Positions 1 through 9,360 of a stretch of DNA of 64,000 bases are shown here, piece by piece. Position numbers and translations under genes: made by a program. The notes under the pieces were generated by a model. That model did not search any database and was not told where the DNA came from. It saw only the letters and a list, made by a program, of their open reading frames with translations. Positions within the stretch are counted from its first letter, which is position 1. Every line of letters starts with the position of its first letter. The stretch comes from Escherichia coli (GTDB taxonomy: Bacteria; Pseudomonadota; Gammaproteobacteria; Enterobacterales; Enterobacteriaceae), in assembly GCF_003018115.1 (NCBI RefSeq), contig NZ_CP027457.1; one strand, 5' to 3'.

Positions 1-223
<223 letters not shown>

Positions 224-245
224 GTCTGACTTTATCTGATTTGAT

Positions 246-275
246 AATGCCAGCCTTCGGGCTGGCATTTTTTAT
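246..275. terminator. Intrinsic terminator between convergent eno and ygcG
   Basis: Hairpin aatgccagcc-ttcg-ggctggcatt followed by TTTTTT; A-rich on the other side, so plausibly bidirectional. Confidence 0.7.
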
Positions 276-282
276 GGTGGAG

Positions 283-1155
283 TTACCAGCGGCCGGATGC
301 GCCGCCACCGCCAGAAGAACCGCCCCCGCCGCTAAATCCGCCGCCACTTGAGCCTCCAGCGGAACCGCTGTTGTCTGAATGATAACTTCTACCAGATGCT
401 CTTTTCTGAAGTACACATAAACAGGTAAAGACCATAAATATGGTGAAAGTAAAAAAGAAGGAAAATACAGCAATGGAAAAAGTTTTATCGGAGAACAGGA
501 ATAAATCTAAAAGATGGATTGCTGAAATACAGACTCCACTTTTACATGCGCGACAAAAATTACTGCCTTGATGAAAAAACCAGAAAGGGAAGAACATCAC
601 TGCAAATACCCAAAAAATAGCAAAGTAATAATGATCAGTGGAAGACGTTGATTCACTTTCTGAAGGATTAGCCGGATATTGGTGTTGTGAAGTGAGTTGG
701 TTATTCAAAGCGATTATAGCTAACTCTAATCCCTTAGCTAATTTTTGTTGTTTAAATGCGGGTATCATGTTGCTACGGATGATATCTCCAGCCAGAGCAT
801 CGGTTACCTTTTCTTCCAGCCCATAACCTACCTGGATGCGGACAGTGCGATCCGACCAGGCAACAACGATCAGTATCCCATCATTACGTTTGGCATCTCC
901 TAAACGCCAATTGTCAAAAACTCTTGTAGCATATTGTTCAATTGTCTCATCTTTGGTTGTGGAAACAATTAATACAGCAATTTGCACTTGGGTATTATTG
1001 AAAATAGATTCTAACTTGTGCGTCAGTTCTTTCTTTTCTTGTGAGTTTAAGCTACTCGTAAGATCCGTAACTTGTTGCTGTAATTGTGGGACAATAGTTG
1101 GTTGGGCTGCAACAAAGGAACATACGAAAGTGAACATTAGTATGAAATAGCGCAT
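283..1155 (-). CDS. ygcG: TPM-domain membrane protein YgcG (signal peptide, C-terminal TM region and Gly/Ser-rich tail)
   Basis: ORF 283..1224 minus; start chosen at the internal Met ([19 protein letters not shown], signal-peptide-like) giving 290 aa; synteny eno-ygcG-queE. Confidence 0.8.
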   Translation of the reverse strand: MRYFILMFTFVCSFVAAQPTIVPQLQQQVTDLTSSLNSQEKKELTHKLESIFNNTQVQIAVLIVSTTKDETIEQYATRVFDNWRLGDAKRNDGILIVVAWSDRTVRIQVGYGLEEKVTDALAGDIIRSNMIPAFKQQKLAKGLELAIIALNNQLTSQHQYPANPSESESTSSTDHYYFAIFWVFAVMFFPFWFFHQGSNFCRACKSGVCISAIHLLDLFLFSDKTFSIAVFSFFFTFTIFMVFTCLCVLQKRASGRSYHSDNSGSAGGSSGGGFSGGGGSSGGGGASGRW

Positions 1156-1447
1156 TATAAATTTCTCATTAAATCTGGATAAATAAATTGACGGCGGCAT
1201 CGGTAATTTTAGATTCGTTATCATTAAAAACTAATACAGAAAAAATAAATATAATTTTGGTGAATGTTTTGACATGATTAAATCCATTTTATTTATTTTC
1301 TTCTGACATAATACGTTACTCCCTTTAATTATTAACGATATGTTTCGCATTTTTCTTTAAATCTGCATGTAACAGAATGTTAATAAGACATGATTGTTGC
1401 GGCAGGATCTGCAATAATTAACAATTATCCACTTCACAGAGAATGCT

Positions 1448-2119
1448 ATGCAGTACCCGATTAACGAGATGTTCCAGACCCTGCAAGGTGAGGGTTACTT
1501 TACCGGCGTCCCCGCCATTTTTATTCGTTTACAGGGATGCCCGGTTGGCTGTGCCTGGTGCGACACCAAACACACCTGGGAAAAGCTTGAGGATCGGGAA
1601 GTCTCCCTTTTCAGCATTCTGGCGAAGACCAAAGAGAGTGATAAGTGGGGGGCGGCGAGCAGTGAAGATTTGCTGGCTGTCATTGGTCGTCAGGGATATA
1701 CCGCGTGGCATGTGGTGATTACGGGTGGTGAGCCTTGCATTCATGATTTGCTGCCACTGACTGACCTGCTCGAAAAGAACGGTTTTAGCTGCCAGATCGA
1801 AACCAGTGGGACTCATGAAGTACGCTGCACACCGAATACCTGGGTTACCGTATCACCAAAGCTGAACATGCGCGGCGGCTATGAAGTGTTGTCACAGGCA
1901 CTGGAGCGAGCCAACGAAATCAAGCATCCAGTGGGGCGCGTACGTGATATTGAAGCACTGGATGAACTACTGGCAACGCTGACCGATGATAAACCGCGAG
2001 TCATTGCACTGCAGCCGATTAGCCAAAAGGATGATGCCACACGTTTGTGCATTGAAACCTGCATTGCGCGTAATTGGCGTTTGTCGATGCAAACCCATAA
2101 ATATCTAAATATTGCCTGA
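1448..2119 (+). CDS. queE: 7-carboxy-7-deazaguanine synthase (radical SAM)
   Basis: 223 aa; N-terminus MQYPINEMFQTLQGEGYFTGVPAIFIRLQGCPVGCAWCDTKHTW with a CxxxCxxC-type cluster motif typical of QueE. Confidence 0.9.
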   Translation: MQYPINEMFQTLQGEGYFTGVPAIFIRLQGCPVGCAWCDTKHTWEKLEDREVSLFSILAKTKESDKWGAASSEDLLAVIGRQGYTAWHVVITGGEPCIHDLLPLTDLLEKNGFSCQIETSGTHEVRCTPNTWVTVSPKLNMRGGYEVLSQALERANEIKHPVGRVRDIEALDELLATLTDDKPRVIALQPISQKDDATRLCIETCIARNWRLSMQTHKYLNIA

Positions 2120-2379
2120 TTAAACATTTATAAGCGTTATAAATGGGTGGAACCTGTAAAGACTTCTACTCATTTATATTGTTTGTCGCCTCTGAAAACT
2201 CCTCCATTTTCCCCATCCAGGGCTAATCATTAGCATTCTCTACAAATTCTGCGGCATTAATTTTTCGCTGGAGTGAAAATTATTGCGGCAAAGTTTGGTA
2301 GATTTTAGTTTGTATAGAGTTATTTTAAATATTTACCTTTTTAATCAATGGATTAAGCGCTCTTTAACATAATGGATGT

Positions 2380-2458
2380 GTTGTTTGTGTGATACTGTAA
2401 AGTTGGTAGATTGTGACTGGCTTAAAAAATCATTAATTAATAATAGGTTATGTTTAGA
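2380..2458 (+). promoter_or_regulatory. CRISPR leader (AT-rich) immediately upstream of repeat 1
   Basis: AT-rich ...tggtagattgtgactggcttaaaaaatcattaattaataataggttatgtttaga directly abutting the first repeat; resembles the E. coli I-E leader from memory. Confidence 0.6.
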
Positions 2459-3219
2459 GAGTTCCCCGCGCCAGCGGGGATAAACCGAAAATTGGGACGC
2501 TAACTCATGGGTCTGGGTAGAGTTCCCCGCGCCAGCGGGGATAAACCGGGAAAAACGCCTGTGGTTGGGGCTGAACCAGGGAGTTCCCCGCGCCAGCGGG
2601 GATAAACCGTCGGCGCGCTCTCTGTAGAGCGGTTGTGTGATGAGTTCCCCGCGCCAGCGGGGATAAACCGTCGTCGGGTCCGACAGGGGTCGGTTGTTCG
2701 CCGAGTTCCCCGCGCCAGCGGGGATAAACCGGCTTAATAAACGAGGAGAATACCGATGTTTTTAAGTTCCCCGCGCCAGCGGGGATAAACCGTTCTTTTA
2801 ATGGCGTCAGGCCCATTACAGAGCGAGTTCCCCGCGCCAGCGGGGATAAACCGTTTTGACGATTATTCTAAAAGTGAAAATAGCAGAGTTCCCCGCGCCA
2901 GCGGGGATAAACCGCACGCTGGAGTGACCGGGTGGCAGAGCATGACGAGTTCCCCGCGCCAGCGGGGATAAACCGCCATTTCATCATGAACGGCGGAAAT
3001 ATCGTGGGAGTTCCCCGCGCCAGCGGGGATAAACCGGTCAGTTCCCGGTTGATATATATGATGAGCATGAGTTCCCCGCGCCAGCGGGGATAAACCGCGC
3101 AATGGCGCGGCGATTGCTCTCGAGATCAAGTGTTCCCCGCGCCAGCGGGGATAAACCGGGTACAAAAGAGGCCCCATTCTGGCAGGGCTCGAGTTCCCCG
3201 CGCCAGTGGGGATAAACCA
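2459..3219 (+). CRISPR. Type I-E CRISPR array, 13 repeats and 12 spacers (queE-ygcE side)
   Basis: 29-bp repeat GAGTTCCCCGCGCCAGCGGGGATAAACCG at 2459, 2520, 2581, 2642, 2703, 2764, 2825, 2886, 2947, 3008, 3069, 3130, 3191 with exact 61-bp period and 32-bp unique spacers. Repeat 6 starts AAG, repeat 12 starts GTG, terminal repeat 13 is degenerate (..CCAGTGGGGATAAACCA). Confidence 0.97.
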
Positions 3220-3308
3220 CCATATAACCCGTTATCTCTTTCTCAAGTTTTTATATTAGCTGTACTTGTAATAAGCAACATATCCACGTAACACCTCATG
3301 TTCATAAT

Positions 3309-3332
3309 AGTTCCCCATGCCAGATAAGTTCA
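3309..3332 (+). repeat. Decayed CRISPR repeat remnant
   Basis: agttccccatgccagataag resembles the repeat with an internal deletion, about two repeat-spacer units beyond the terminal repeat. Confidence 0.3.
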
Positions 3333-3687
3333 CAATTATCGATACAAAAAATTAAAGTTAATCAAAGTGTTATTTGTATAATTCTTAAGCCGTTAAGAAA
3401 TTTTAATCTATTATTTTTTTAATATTAATTAATGCCTGTTAATTTTTTCTTTAGTATAACAGTGTGTTTTTTAAGCTTGTTATTCATTGATTAAGTAATA
3501 AATCTGGAAATTTGTCTTTGTTTTGAGGCTAATGAGTGGTTTTACATAACCGCCTCTATACGCTGTTGATGAATAGTTCTTATGAATAAAGATATCCAGT
3601 TCATACTTTAAGTGAAAATTGATAAAGTGCGATTCGTATTGTCTTTTATTCTAAAGACATCGAGTGTAGTTAATATTCCTTGTAAAA

Positions 3688-3810
3688 ACAGGGATAAACC
3701 GAACTAGTTGAAGTTTTTATTATGTTCCCTGCATCAGCGGGGATAAACCGGACTTGTTATCATTTTTTAAGTTGTCGAACTTATGTTCCCCGCGTCAGCG
3801 GGGATAACCA
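3688..3810 (+). CRISPR. Degenerate satellite CRISPR array (3 repeat copies, 2 spacers), preceded by an AT-rich leader-like stretch
   Basis: Partial repeat ..acagggataaaccg (3688-3701), 20-bp spacer, repeat ATGTTCCCTGCATCAGCGGGGATAAACCG (3722-3750), 32-bp spacer, repeat ATGTTCCCCGCGTCAGCGGGGATAACC (3783-3810). Confidence 0.8.
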
Positions 3811-3856
3811 TTCAGGTATGTTCAGGCCGGGCAGTTTCCCGCCCGGTCTTCCTCAC

Positions 3857-5335
3857 TTACGCATTCGACCAGCTCTGGATCGAATCCGCATTCCCCAATT
3901 CCCCATGCATCACTTCATACGATTTTTTCAGGATCACATCAGTATGTTTGGTTAGGGCTTTGAAAATACCTTTATTCATCGCGTCGTAGCGTTTGGCATT
4001 GCTCTCAACAGGCATAAAGATATCTTTCACGCGAACCATTTTGTCGACAGCCGTTGCGTAATCCGGGTATAGCCCCAGACCTACCGCCGTATTGATCGCT
4101 GCCCCCAGACTTGCACAACCGTTAATGGCGTTACGGCGTGCAGGAAGGTTGAACACGTCGGCAAAAATTTGCATAAATAGATCGCTGTTCGAACCGCCGC
4201 CAGTAATGATCACATGCTTTGCAAAGTGATTCATTTCATTACACATATTGTCGTAATTGTTCTTCAGCGTCAGCGCCACGCTTTCCAGTATCGAACGATA
4301 TATCCATGCGTAATCCATGCTGGAATCAAAGCCGATCATAATCCCACGTTTGTAGGGTTCCCACGGGTTGGTCAGCCAGTCCAGCACCGTCATCAGACCA
4401 TTACAGCCAGGCGGCACACAAGAAGCTTTTTTGTTGAGCAAATCTTCCGGTGAAAGATCCTGTGCTTTGGCATCCTGAATTAACGACTCGCCTAACATGT
4501 CGCGTAGCCAGCTCACCGTCCACATGCCTTTACGGATACCGTACCCTTCATACAGCAATGTTTCCGGAATAGAAGACATAATCGGCCAGTACGCCACCGG
4601 ATCTTTCGGCAGTGCTTTACCGTTCATCATCAGCGCGATGTAGGTGCCAAGAGAAATCACCGCCGTTTCATCATCCAGCAATCCGGCTCCCAGAGCTTCT
4701 ACCGGTTTATCACTGGTGGTACAAACAACCGGCAGCCCTGCCGGGAAATGTGTCGCCAGCGCGGCTTGAGGTGTGATCTGTCCAAGAACAGTGCCTGGCA
4801 TTTGCACATCAAACAGCATATGACGGGGGATATTAAACTTCTCCATGACTGCGGCATCTTCACTCCATGCCCAGCTCTTATAATCCACCGGCCACTGACC
4901 AAAATAGTTGGCGATATTGTCTTTAAACTCGCCGGTTAAGCGATGCGTCAGATAACCCGAAAAAGAGGTGACATATGCCACGTCAGGATTAGTGTGTTCG
5001 TAGGGACGCGTTACGCGTGCATCCTGCCAGCTAATCAATGGCGCAGCTGGCGTGCCATCGGCTTTCAATAACGCACGGCAGCAACGGATGGATCCCAGAC
5101 CAATACCGACAATATCTTCTTTATTCCCGGCAAACTGACTCATCAAATCGTGACCGGCAAAACATAATGATGCCCATAAATCGTCGTCAGGATGTTCTGC
5201 GGTATCGGCATCTGGCGTGTGCATCGGCTGCAATAAGCCTTTACCTTCGCAAACCACATTACCTTCCAGATCGTACATCACCACTTTTGTGCTCTGACTT
5301 CCGCCATCAATCCCTATGATGTATTTTTTCGACAT
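3857..5335 (-). CDS. ygcE: FGGY-family carbohydrate kinase
   Basis: 492 aa; N-terminus MSKKYIIGIDGGSQSTKVVMYD (FGGY kinase N-terminal motif); synteny. Confidence 0.88.
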   Translation of the reverse strand: MSKKYIIGIDGGSQSTKVVMYDLEGNVVCEGKGLLQPMHTPDADTAEHPDDDLWASLCFAGHDLMSQFAGNKEDIVGIGLGSIRCCRALLKADGTPAAPLISWQDARVTRPYEHTNPDVAYVTSFSGYLTHRLTGEFKDNIANYFGQWPVDYKSWAWSEDAAVMEKFNIPRHMLFDVQMPGTVLGQITPQAALATHFPAGLPVVCTTSDKPVEALGAGLLDDETAVISLGTYIALMMNGKALPKDPVAYWPIMSSIPETLLYEGYGIRKGMWTVSWLRDMLGESLIQDAKAQDLSPEDLLNKKASCVPPGCNGLMTVLDWLTNPWEPYKRGIMIGFDSSMDYAWIYRSILESVALTLKNNYDNMCNEMNHFAKHVIITGGGSNSDLFMQIFADVFNLPARRNAINGCASLGAAINTAVGLGLYPDYATAVDKMVRVKDIFMPVESNAKRYDAMNKGIFKALTKHTDVILKKSYEVMHGELGNADSIQSWSNA

Positions 5336-5361
5336 GATTTTTCTCCTGTAATTTTCCTGGC

Positions 5362-6639
5362 TTACTTGCTGCTAGCTATTGCGGGGGCGCTATCAGCAGT
5401 ACGAATTTTTTGGAACAGCAAAAAGGTAAAGACAATCACCATGGCAAGCGCCGCCATTCCCATCAGCCACATATTGCGGTAGGCTTCTGCTGCGGGCAGG
5501 GTGTCTTGCCAGTGGCCGATAATTGGGTAAACGAAGACATCCGGCAGGAATCCAATCACCGAACAAATACCTACCGTGGTGCCCATAATGTAAGACGGTG
5601 TTCTCGCTTCGCCAGGGCAGGCCCAGTACAGCCCGCGTGAGGCGTAACAGGTGAATCCCAGCAGTATAATCAGGCCAATCCCCATCGCGACCGATTGCGG
5701 GTTAGAGTTCGTGACGAGCAGGGCAGTTAACGCCAGCAGGCCGAGTACGGAAAGGATTTGGATCACGCGGGTAGGGGATTTCACTTTACTGTAGGTGGTG
5801 ATAATGCCGCCAAGTGGGCCGCACAGCGCGCGGAAGATTTTGTTGATCACAATCCCCATGTAGCTCGCCGCCACCAGCGACATGCCGTACATTTCGGTCA
5901 GATAGTTGGTGGAGTAACTCAGAATGGCGTAGATGGTGAAGACACCAAAAATCACCATGCTGCAATACCAGGTGGTGCTGATGCGCAAAACGGCCAGGAT
6001 GTCGCTAAGCTGGAATGACTGTTTTTCTTCGTTATTGGCACTGCGCAGGTTGTTGTTATCGCTAACAAAAAACCAGCACAGAATCCCCAACAAGATGTAA
6101 ACCACACTATAGATGATAATGACCGTTTTCAGGCTGGTGCTGTCATCCGGTGCAAAGCGAGAAAAGACCCACATGGTAAACACCGCCAGCGACATTACAC
6201 CGACGCCGCGCAGCCCTTCCATCCAGCCCATAATTTTCCCTTGCTCGCTATGATCGCCAAGCAACGAGGCGGCTTTAATCGACACCGACCACAGCATTAA
6301 AATCGTTGTTATCGCAAAGGCGACCTGAATACAGAGCATTACCCACAGCGGTGGATACGTTGCCATTAACAGACCCAGTAATCCGGTAATGATCATCGCG
6401 GAAGTAATCATTTTGCGGTGTGAAAATTTATCGGCAATAACGCCGCTGGGGGCATAAAGAATAATAGCCGCAATACCAAAGGTACTCATTATTAAACCTA
6501 TCTCGGTATTGCTGAATCCCATAAATTTCGCCATGGGAATTTGATAAATATAACGTAAATAAGCCAGGTCGAAACTAACGCCGCCGCTAAAACTAATTAT
6601 CGCGAGGGTTATCCAACGGCGATATGAGTTGTGTTGCAT
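5362..6639 (-). CDS. yqcE: MFS transporter
   Basis: 425 aa, multiple hydrophobic TM segments; 26 bp upstream of ygcE, likely co-transcribed. Confidence 0.85.
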   Translation of the reverse strand: MQHNSYRRWITLAIISFSGGVSFDLAYLRYIYQIPMAKFMGFSNTEIGLIMSTFGIAAIILYAPSGVIADKFSHRKMITSAMIITGLLGLLMATYPPLWVMLCIQVAFAITTILMLWSVSIKAASLLGDHSEQGKIMGWMEGLRGVGVMSLAVFTMWVFSRFAPDDSTSLKTVIIIYSVVYILLGILCWFFVSDNNNLRSANNEEKQSFQLSDILAVLRISTTWYCSMVIFGVFTIYAILSYSTNYLTEMYGMSLVAASYMGIVINKIFRALCGPLGGIITTYSKVKSPTRVIQILSVLGLLALTALLVTNSNPQSVAMGIGLIILLGFTCYASRGLYWACPGEARTPSYIMGTTVGICSVIGFLPDVFVYPIIGHWQDTLPAAEAYRNMWLMGMAALAMVIVFTFLLFQKIRTADSAPAIASSK

Positions 6640-6663
6640 ATCGTATTCCCATTTGTAATAGAC

Positions 6664-6711
6664 AAAAAAAAGAGAAAAGTAAGCCTCCCTTTCAGGTGGA
6701 TTACTTTTCTC
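6664..6711 (-). terminator. Intrinsic terminator in the yqcE 5' leader (minus strand)
   Basis: On minus strand: gagaaaagtaa - 18-nt loop - ttacttttctc followed by TTTTTTTT, ending about 25 nt before the yqcE ATG (6639). Confidence 0.55.
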
Positions 6712-6760
6712 AGGTCTCTAGTAATTGAAATAATAAATAACATGGAAAGCAGAGGTGTTG

Positions 6761-6776
6761 TGTGAGAGTAATCACG
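6761..6776. promoter_or_regulatory. CRP-like site (TGTGA-N6-TCACG), positioned for a class II promoter reading toward yqcE
   Basis: tgtgagagtaatcacg, 9/10 match to the CRP half-sites. Confidence 0.4.
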
Positions 6777-6817
6777 CTTCTGCTTTTTAAAATTATTTGA
6801 CAATACGAATATCACAC

Positions 6818-6833
6818 TGTGATTACGATCACA
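6818..6833. promoter_or_regulatory. Consensus CRP site (TGTGA-N6-TCACA) upstream of ygcW
   Basis: tgtgattacgatcaca, perfect match to both CRP half-sites; a TTGACA -35-like hexamer at 6797-6802. Confidence 0.55.
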
Positions 6834-6859
6834 TTAGCAGTTATGTCCTTATGCTAAAA

Positions 6860-6884
6860 ATTATCTCCAGTTACCAGAGATAAT
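6860..6884 (+). other. Leader RNA hairpin (8-bp stem, 9-nt loop) upstream of the ygcW leader terminator
   Basis: attatctc-cagttacca-gagataat perfect inverted repeat. Confidence 0.4.
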
Positions 6885-6890
6885 GAGAAA

Positions 6891-6933
6891 GGTAACTTCC
6901 CTCTCGCGGGGGAAGTTACCTTTCTTTTTTTTT
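6891..6933 (+). terminator. Intrinsic terminator in the ygcW 5' leader
   Basis: ggtaacttccc-tctcgcgg-gggaagttacc (11-bp perfect stem) followed by TTTCTTTTTTTTT, ending 25 nt before the ygcW ATG (6958). Confidence 0.75.
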
Positions 6934-6957
6934 GCCTTACGGAAATTGGAGCTAACT

Positions 6958-7743
6958 ATGTCAATCGAATCTCTCAATGCGTTCTCAATGGATTTTTTCT
7001 CCCTGAAAGGTAAAACAGCAATTGTTACCGGCGGGAATAGCGGTTTAGGTCAGGCATTTGCAATGGCGTTGGCCAAAGCTGGCGCAAATATTTTTATTCC
7101 AAGTTTTGTCAAAGATAACGGCGAAACAAAGGAAATGATTGAAAAACAGGGTGTTGAAGTGGACTTCATGCAGGTGGATATCACCGCAGAAGGCGCACCG
7201 CAGAAGATTATCGCTGCCTGCTGTGAGCGCTTCGGTACCGTCGATATTCTGGTTAACAATGCCGGTATTTGTAAGCTGAATAAGGTGCTGGATTTCGGTC
7301 GTGCCGACTGGGATCCAATGATTGATGTGAACCTGACCGCCGCATTCGAGTTAAGCTACGAAGCGGCAAAAATTATGATCCCGCAGAAAAGCGGTAAAAT
7401 TATTAATATCTGTTCATTGTTCTCTTACTTAGGTGGACAATGGTCACCTGCTTATTCAGCCACTAAACATGCTCTTGCCGGATTCACCAAATCCTATTGC
7501 GATGAATTAGGTCAATATAATATTCAGGTGAATGGTATTGCCCCGGGATATTACGCTACCGATATCACTCTGGCGACCCGTAGTAATCCAGAAACTAACC
7601 AGCGCGTTCTTGATCATATTCCGGCAAACCGTTGGGGCGATACTCAGGATTTAATGGGCGCAGCCGTATTCCTCGCAAGTCCGGCATCGAATTATGTCAA
7701 CGGGCATTTATTAGTGGTTGATGGCGGTTATTTAGTGCGCTAA
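6958..7743 (+). CDS. ygcW: Short-chain dehydrogenase/reductase (SDR)
   Basis: 261 aa from ATG 6958 (SD ggag upstream); TGGNSGLGQA Rossmann motif; ORF track start 6883 lies inside the leader terminator and is rejected. Confidence 0.88.
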   Translation: MSIESLNAFSMDFFSLKGKTAIVTGGNSGLGQAFAMALAKAGANIFIPSFVKDNGETKEMIEKQGVEVDFMQVDITAEGAPQKIIAACCERFGTVDILVNNAGICKLNKVLDFGRADWDPMIDVNLTAAFELSYEAAKIMIPQKSGKIINICSLFSYLGGQWSPAYSATKHALAGFTKSYCDELGQYNIQVNGIAPGYYATDITLATRSNPETNQRVLDHIPANRWGDTQDLMGAAVFLASPASNYVNGHLLVVDGGYLVR

Positions 7744-7812
7744 CCCATAACGGTGGTTTCTGTTTTCTCTTATTAATGATTATTCCATTTTTATTATCAG
7801 GAAGGAATTACT

Positions 7813-9267
7813 ATGTCTTTATCTCGCGCAGCGATTGTCGACCAGCTAAAGGAAATTGTTGGTGCAGATCGCGTAATTACCGATGAAACAGTATTAAAGA
7901 AGAACAGTATTGACCGTTTTCGTAAATTTCCGGATATTCATGGCATTTATACTTTGCCGATTCCGGCAGCGGTCGTAAAACTCGGTTCCACAGAGCAAGT
8001 ATCCCGTGTGCTGAATTTTATGAATGCGCACAAAATTAACGGTGTGCCGCGTACCGGTGCTTCCGCCACCGAAGGTGGGCTGGAAACTGTTGTAGAAAAC
8101 TCGGTGGTGCTCGACGGTTCCGCCATGAATCAAATCATTAATATTGATATTGAGAATATGCAGGCGACGGCGCAATGTGGCGTTCCGCTGGAGGTGCTGG
8201 AAAACGCGTTGCGTGAAAAAGGTTACACCACGGGGCATTCTCCGCAGTCAAAGCCGCTGGCGCAGATGGGCGGCCTGGTAGCAACCCGCAGTATCGGGCA
8301 GTTCTCCACACTCTACGGCGCAATCGAAGATATGGTCGTTGGTCTGGAAGCAGTATTGGCTGATGGCACCGTGACACGTATTAAAAACGTGCCACGCCGC
8401 GCGGCTGGCCCGGACATTCGTCACATCATCATCGGCAACGAAGGTGCATTGTGCTATATCACTGAAGTAACAGTGAAAATCTTTAAATTCACCCCGGAAA
8501 ACAACCTCTTCTACGGCTATATCCTGGAAGACATGAAAACCGGCTTCAACATCCTGCGTGAAATCATGGTGGAAGGGTATCGTCCGTCGATCGCTCGTTT
8601 GTATGACGTTGAAGATGGCACCCAACACTTCACCCATTTTGCCGACGGAAAATGCGTGCTGATCTTTATGGCTGAAGGTAACCCTCGCATTGCGAAGGCG
8701 ACGGGCGAAGGGATTGCGGAAATCGTTGCCCGCTACCCGCAATGCCAGCGCGTGGACAGCAAGCTGATCGAAACCTGGTTTAACAACCTGAACTGGGGAC
8801 CGGATAAAGTGGCTGCCGAACGTGTGCAGATCCTCAAAACCGGCAACATGGGCTTTACCACCGAAGTGTCCGGCTGCTGGAGCTGCATCCACGAAATCTA
8901 CGAAAGTGTTATTAACCGTATTCGTACCGAGTTCCCGCACGCCGACGACATCACTATGCTGGGCGGTCACTCCTCTCATAGCTATCAGAACGGCACCAAC
9001 ATGTACTTCGTCTACGACTACAACGTTGTCGACTGTAAGCCGGAAGAGGAAATCGACAAGTACCACAATCCGCTCAACAAAATCATTTGCGAAGAAACCA
9101 TTCGCCTCGGTGGTTCGATGGTGCACCACCACGGTATCGGTAAACATCGCGTTCACTGGAGCAAACTGGAACACGGCAGCGCGTGGGCGTTGCTGGAAGG
9201 GCTGAAAAAGCAATTCGATCCTAACGGCATTATGAACGCGGGTACTATCTATCCGATTGAAAAATAA
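7813..9267 (+). CDS. ygcU: FAD-linked oxidase (alkyl-DHAP synthase-like)
   Basis: 484 aa; synteny and size. Confidence 0.85.
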   Translation: MSLSRAAIVDQLKEIVGADRVITDETVLKKNSIDRFRKFPDIHGIYTLPIPAAVVKLGSTEQVSRVLNFMNAHKINGVPRTGASATEGGLETVVENSVVLDGSAMNQIINIDIENMQATAQCGVPLEVLENALREKGYTTGHSPQSKPLAQMGGLVATRSIGQFSTLYGAIEDMVVGLEAVLADGTVTRIKNVPRRAAGPDIRHIIIGNEGALCYITEVTVKIFKFTPENNLFYGYILEDMKTGFNILREIMVEGYRPSIARLYDVEDGTQHFTHFADGKCVLIFMAEGNPRIAKATGEGIAEIVARYPQCQRVDSKLIETWFNNLNWGPDKVAAERVQILKTGNMGFTTEVSGCWSCIHEIYESVINRIRTEFPHADDITMLGGHSSHSYQNGTNMYFVYDYNVVDCKPEEEIDKYHNPLNKIICEETIRLGGSMVHHHGIGKHRVHWSKLEHGSAWALLEGLKKQFDPNGIMNAGTIYPIEK

Positions 9268-9273
9268 TGTGTC

Positions 9274-9338
9274 AGGCAGCGTCCCGTGATGACGGGGCGT
9301 TGCCTTTTCGGCTTCTCAGGTGAGAAGCCGTTCTTATT
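9274..9338 (+). terminator. Tandem hairpins between ygcU and ygcS; the second is a terminator-like hairpin 23 nt before the ygcS start
   Basis: Hairpin 1 ggcagcgtcccg-tgatga-cggggcgttgcc (two G-U pairs) then CUUUU; hairpin 2 cggcttctc-aggt-gagaagccg then TTCTTATT. Confidence 0.5.
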
Positions 9339-9360
9339 ACCGGACAATGAAGGGGTAAAG

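Noticed and set aside
2505-3223. ORFs 2505..2816, 2863..3177, 2868..3068 and 3038..3223 (minus strand)
   Set aside because: They lie entirely inside the CRISPR array; their periodic PAGAGN / SPLARGT / YPRWRGE peptides are translations of the repeat itself
8248-9213. 321-aa antisense ORF inside ygcU
   Set aside because: Fully overlaps a well-supported gene on the opposite strand, has no SD and a low-complexity composition. The same applies to 17236..18288 (inside cysI), 56772..58205 (inside hycE), 54074..54652 (inside hycC), 33216..33812 (inside rpoS) and the many 60-120 aa antisense ORFs inside mutS, fhlA and hyp genes
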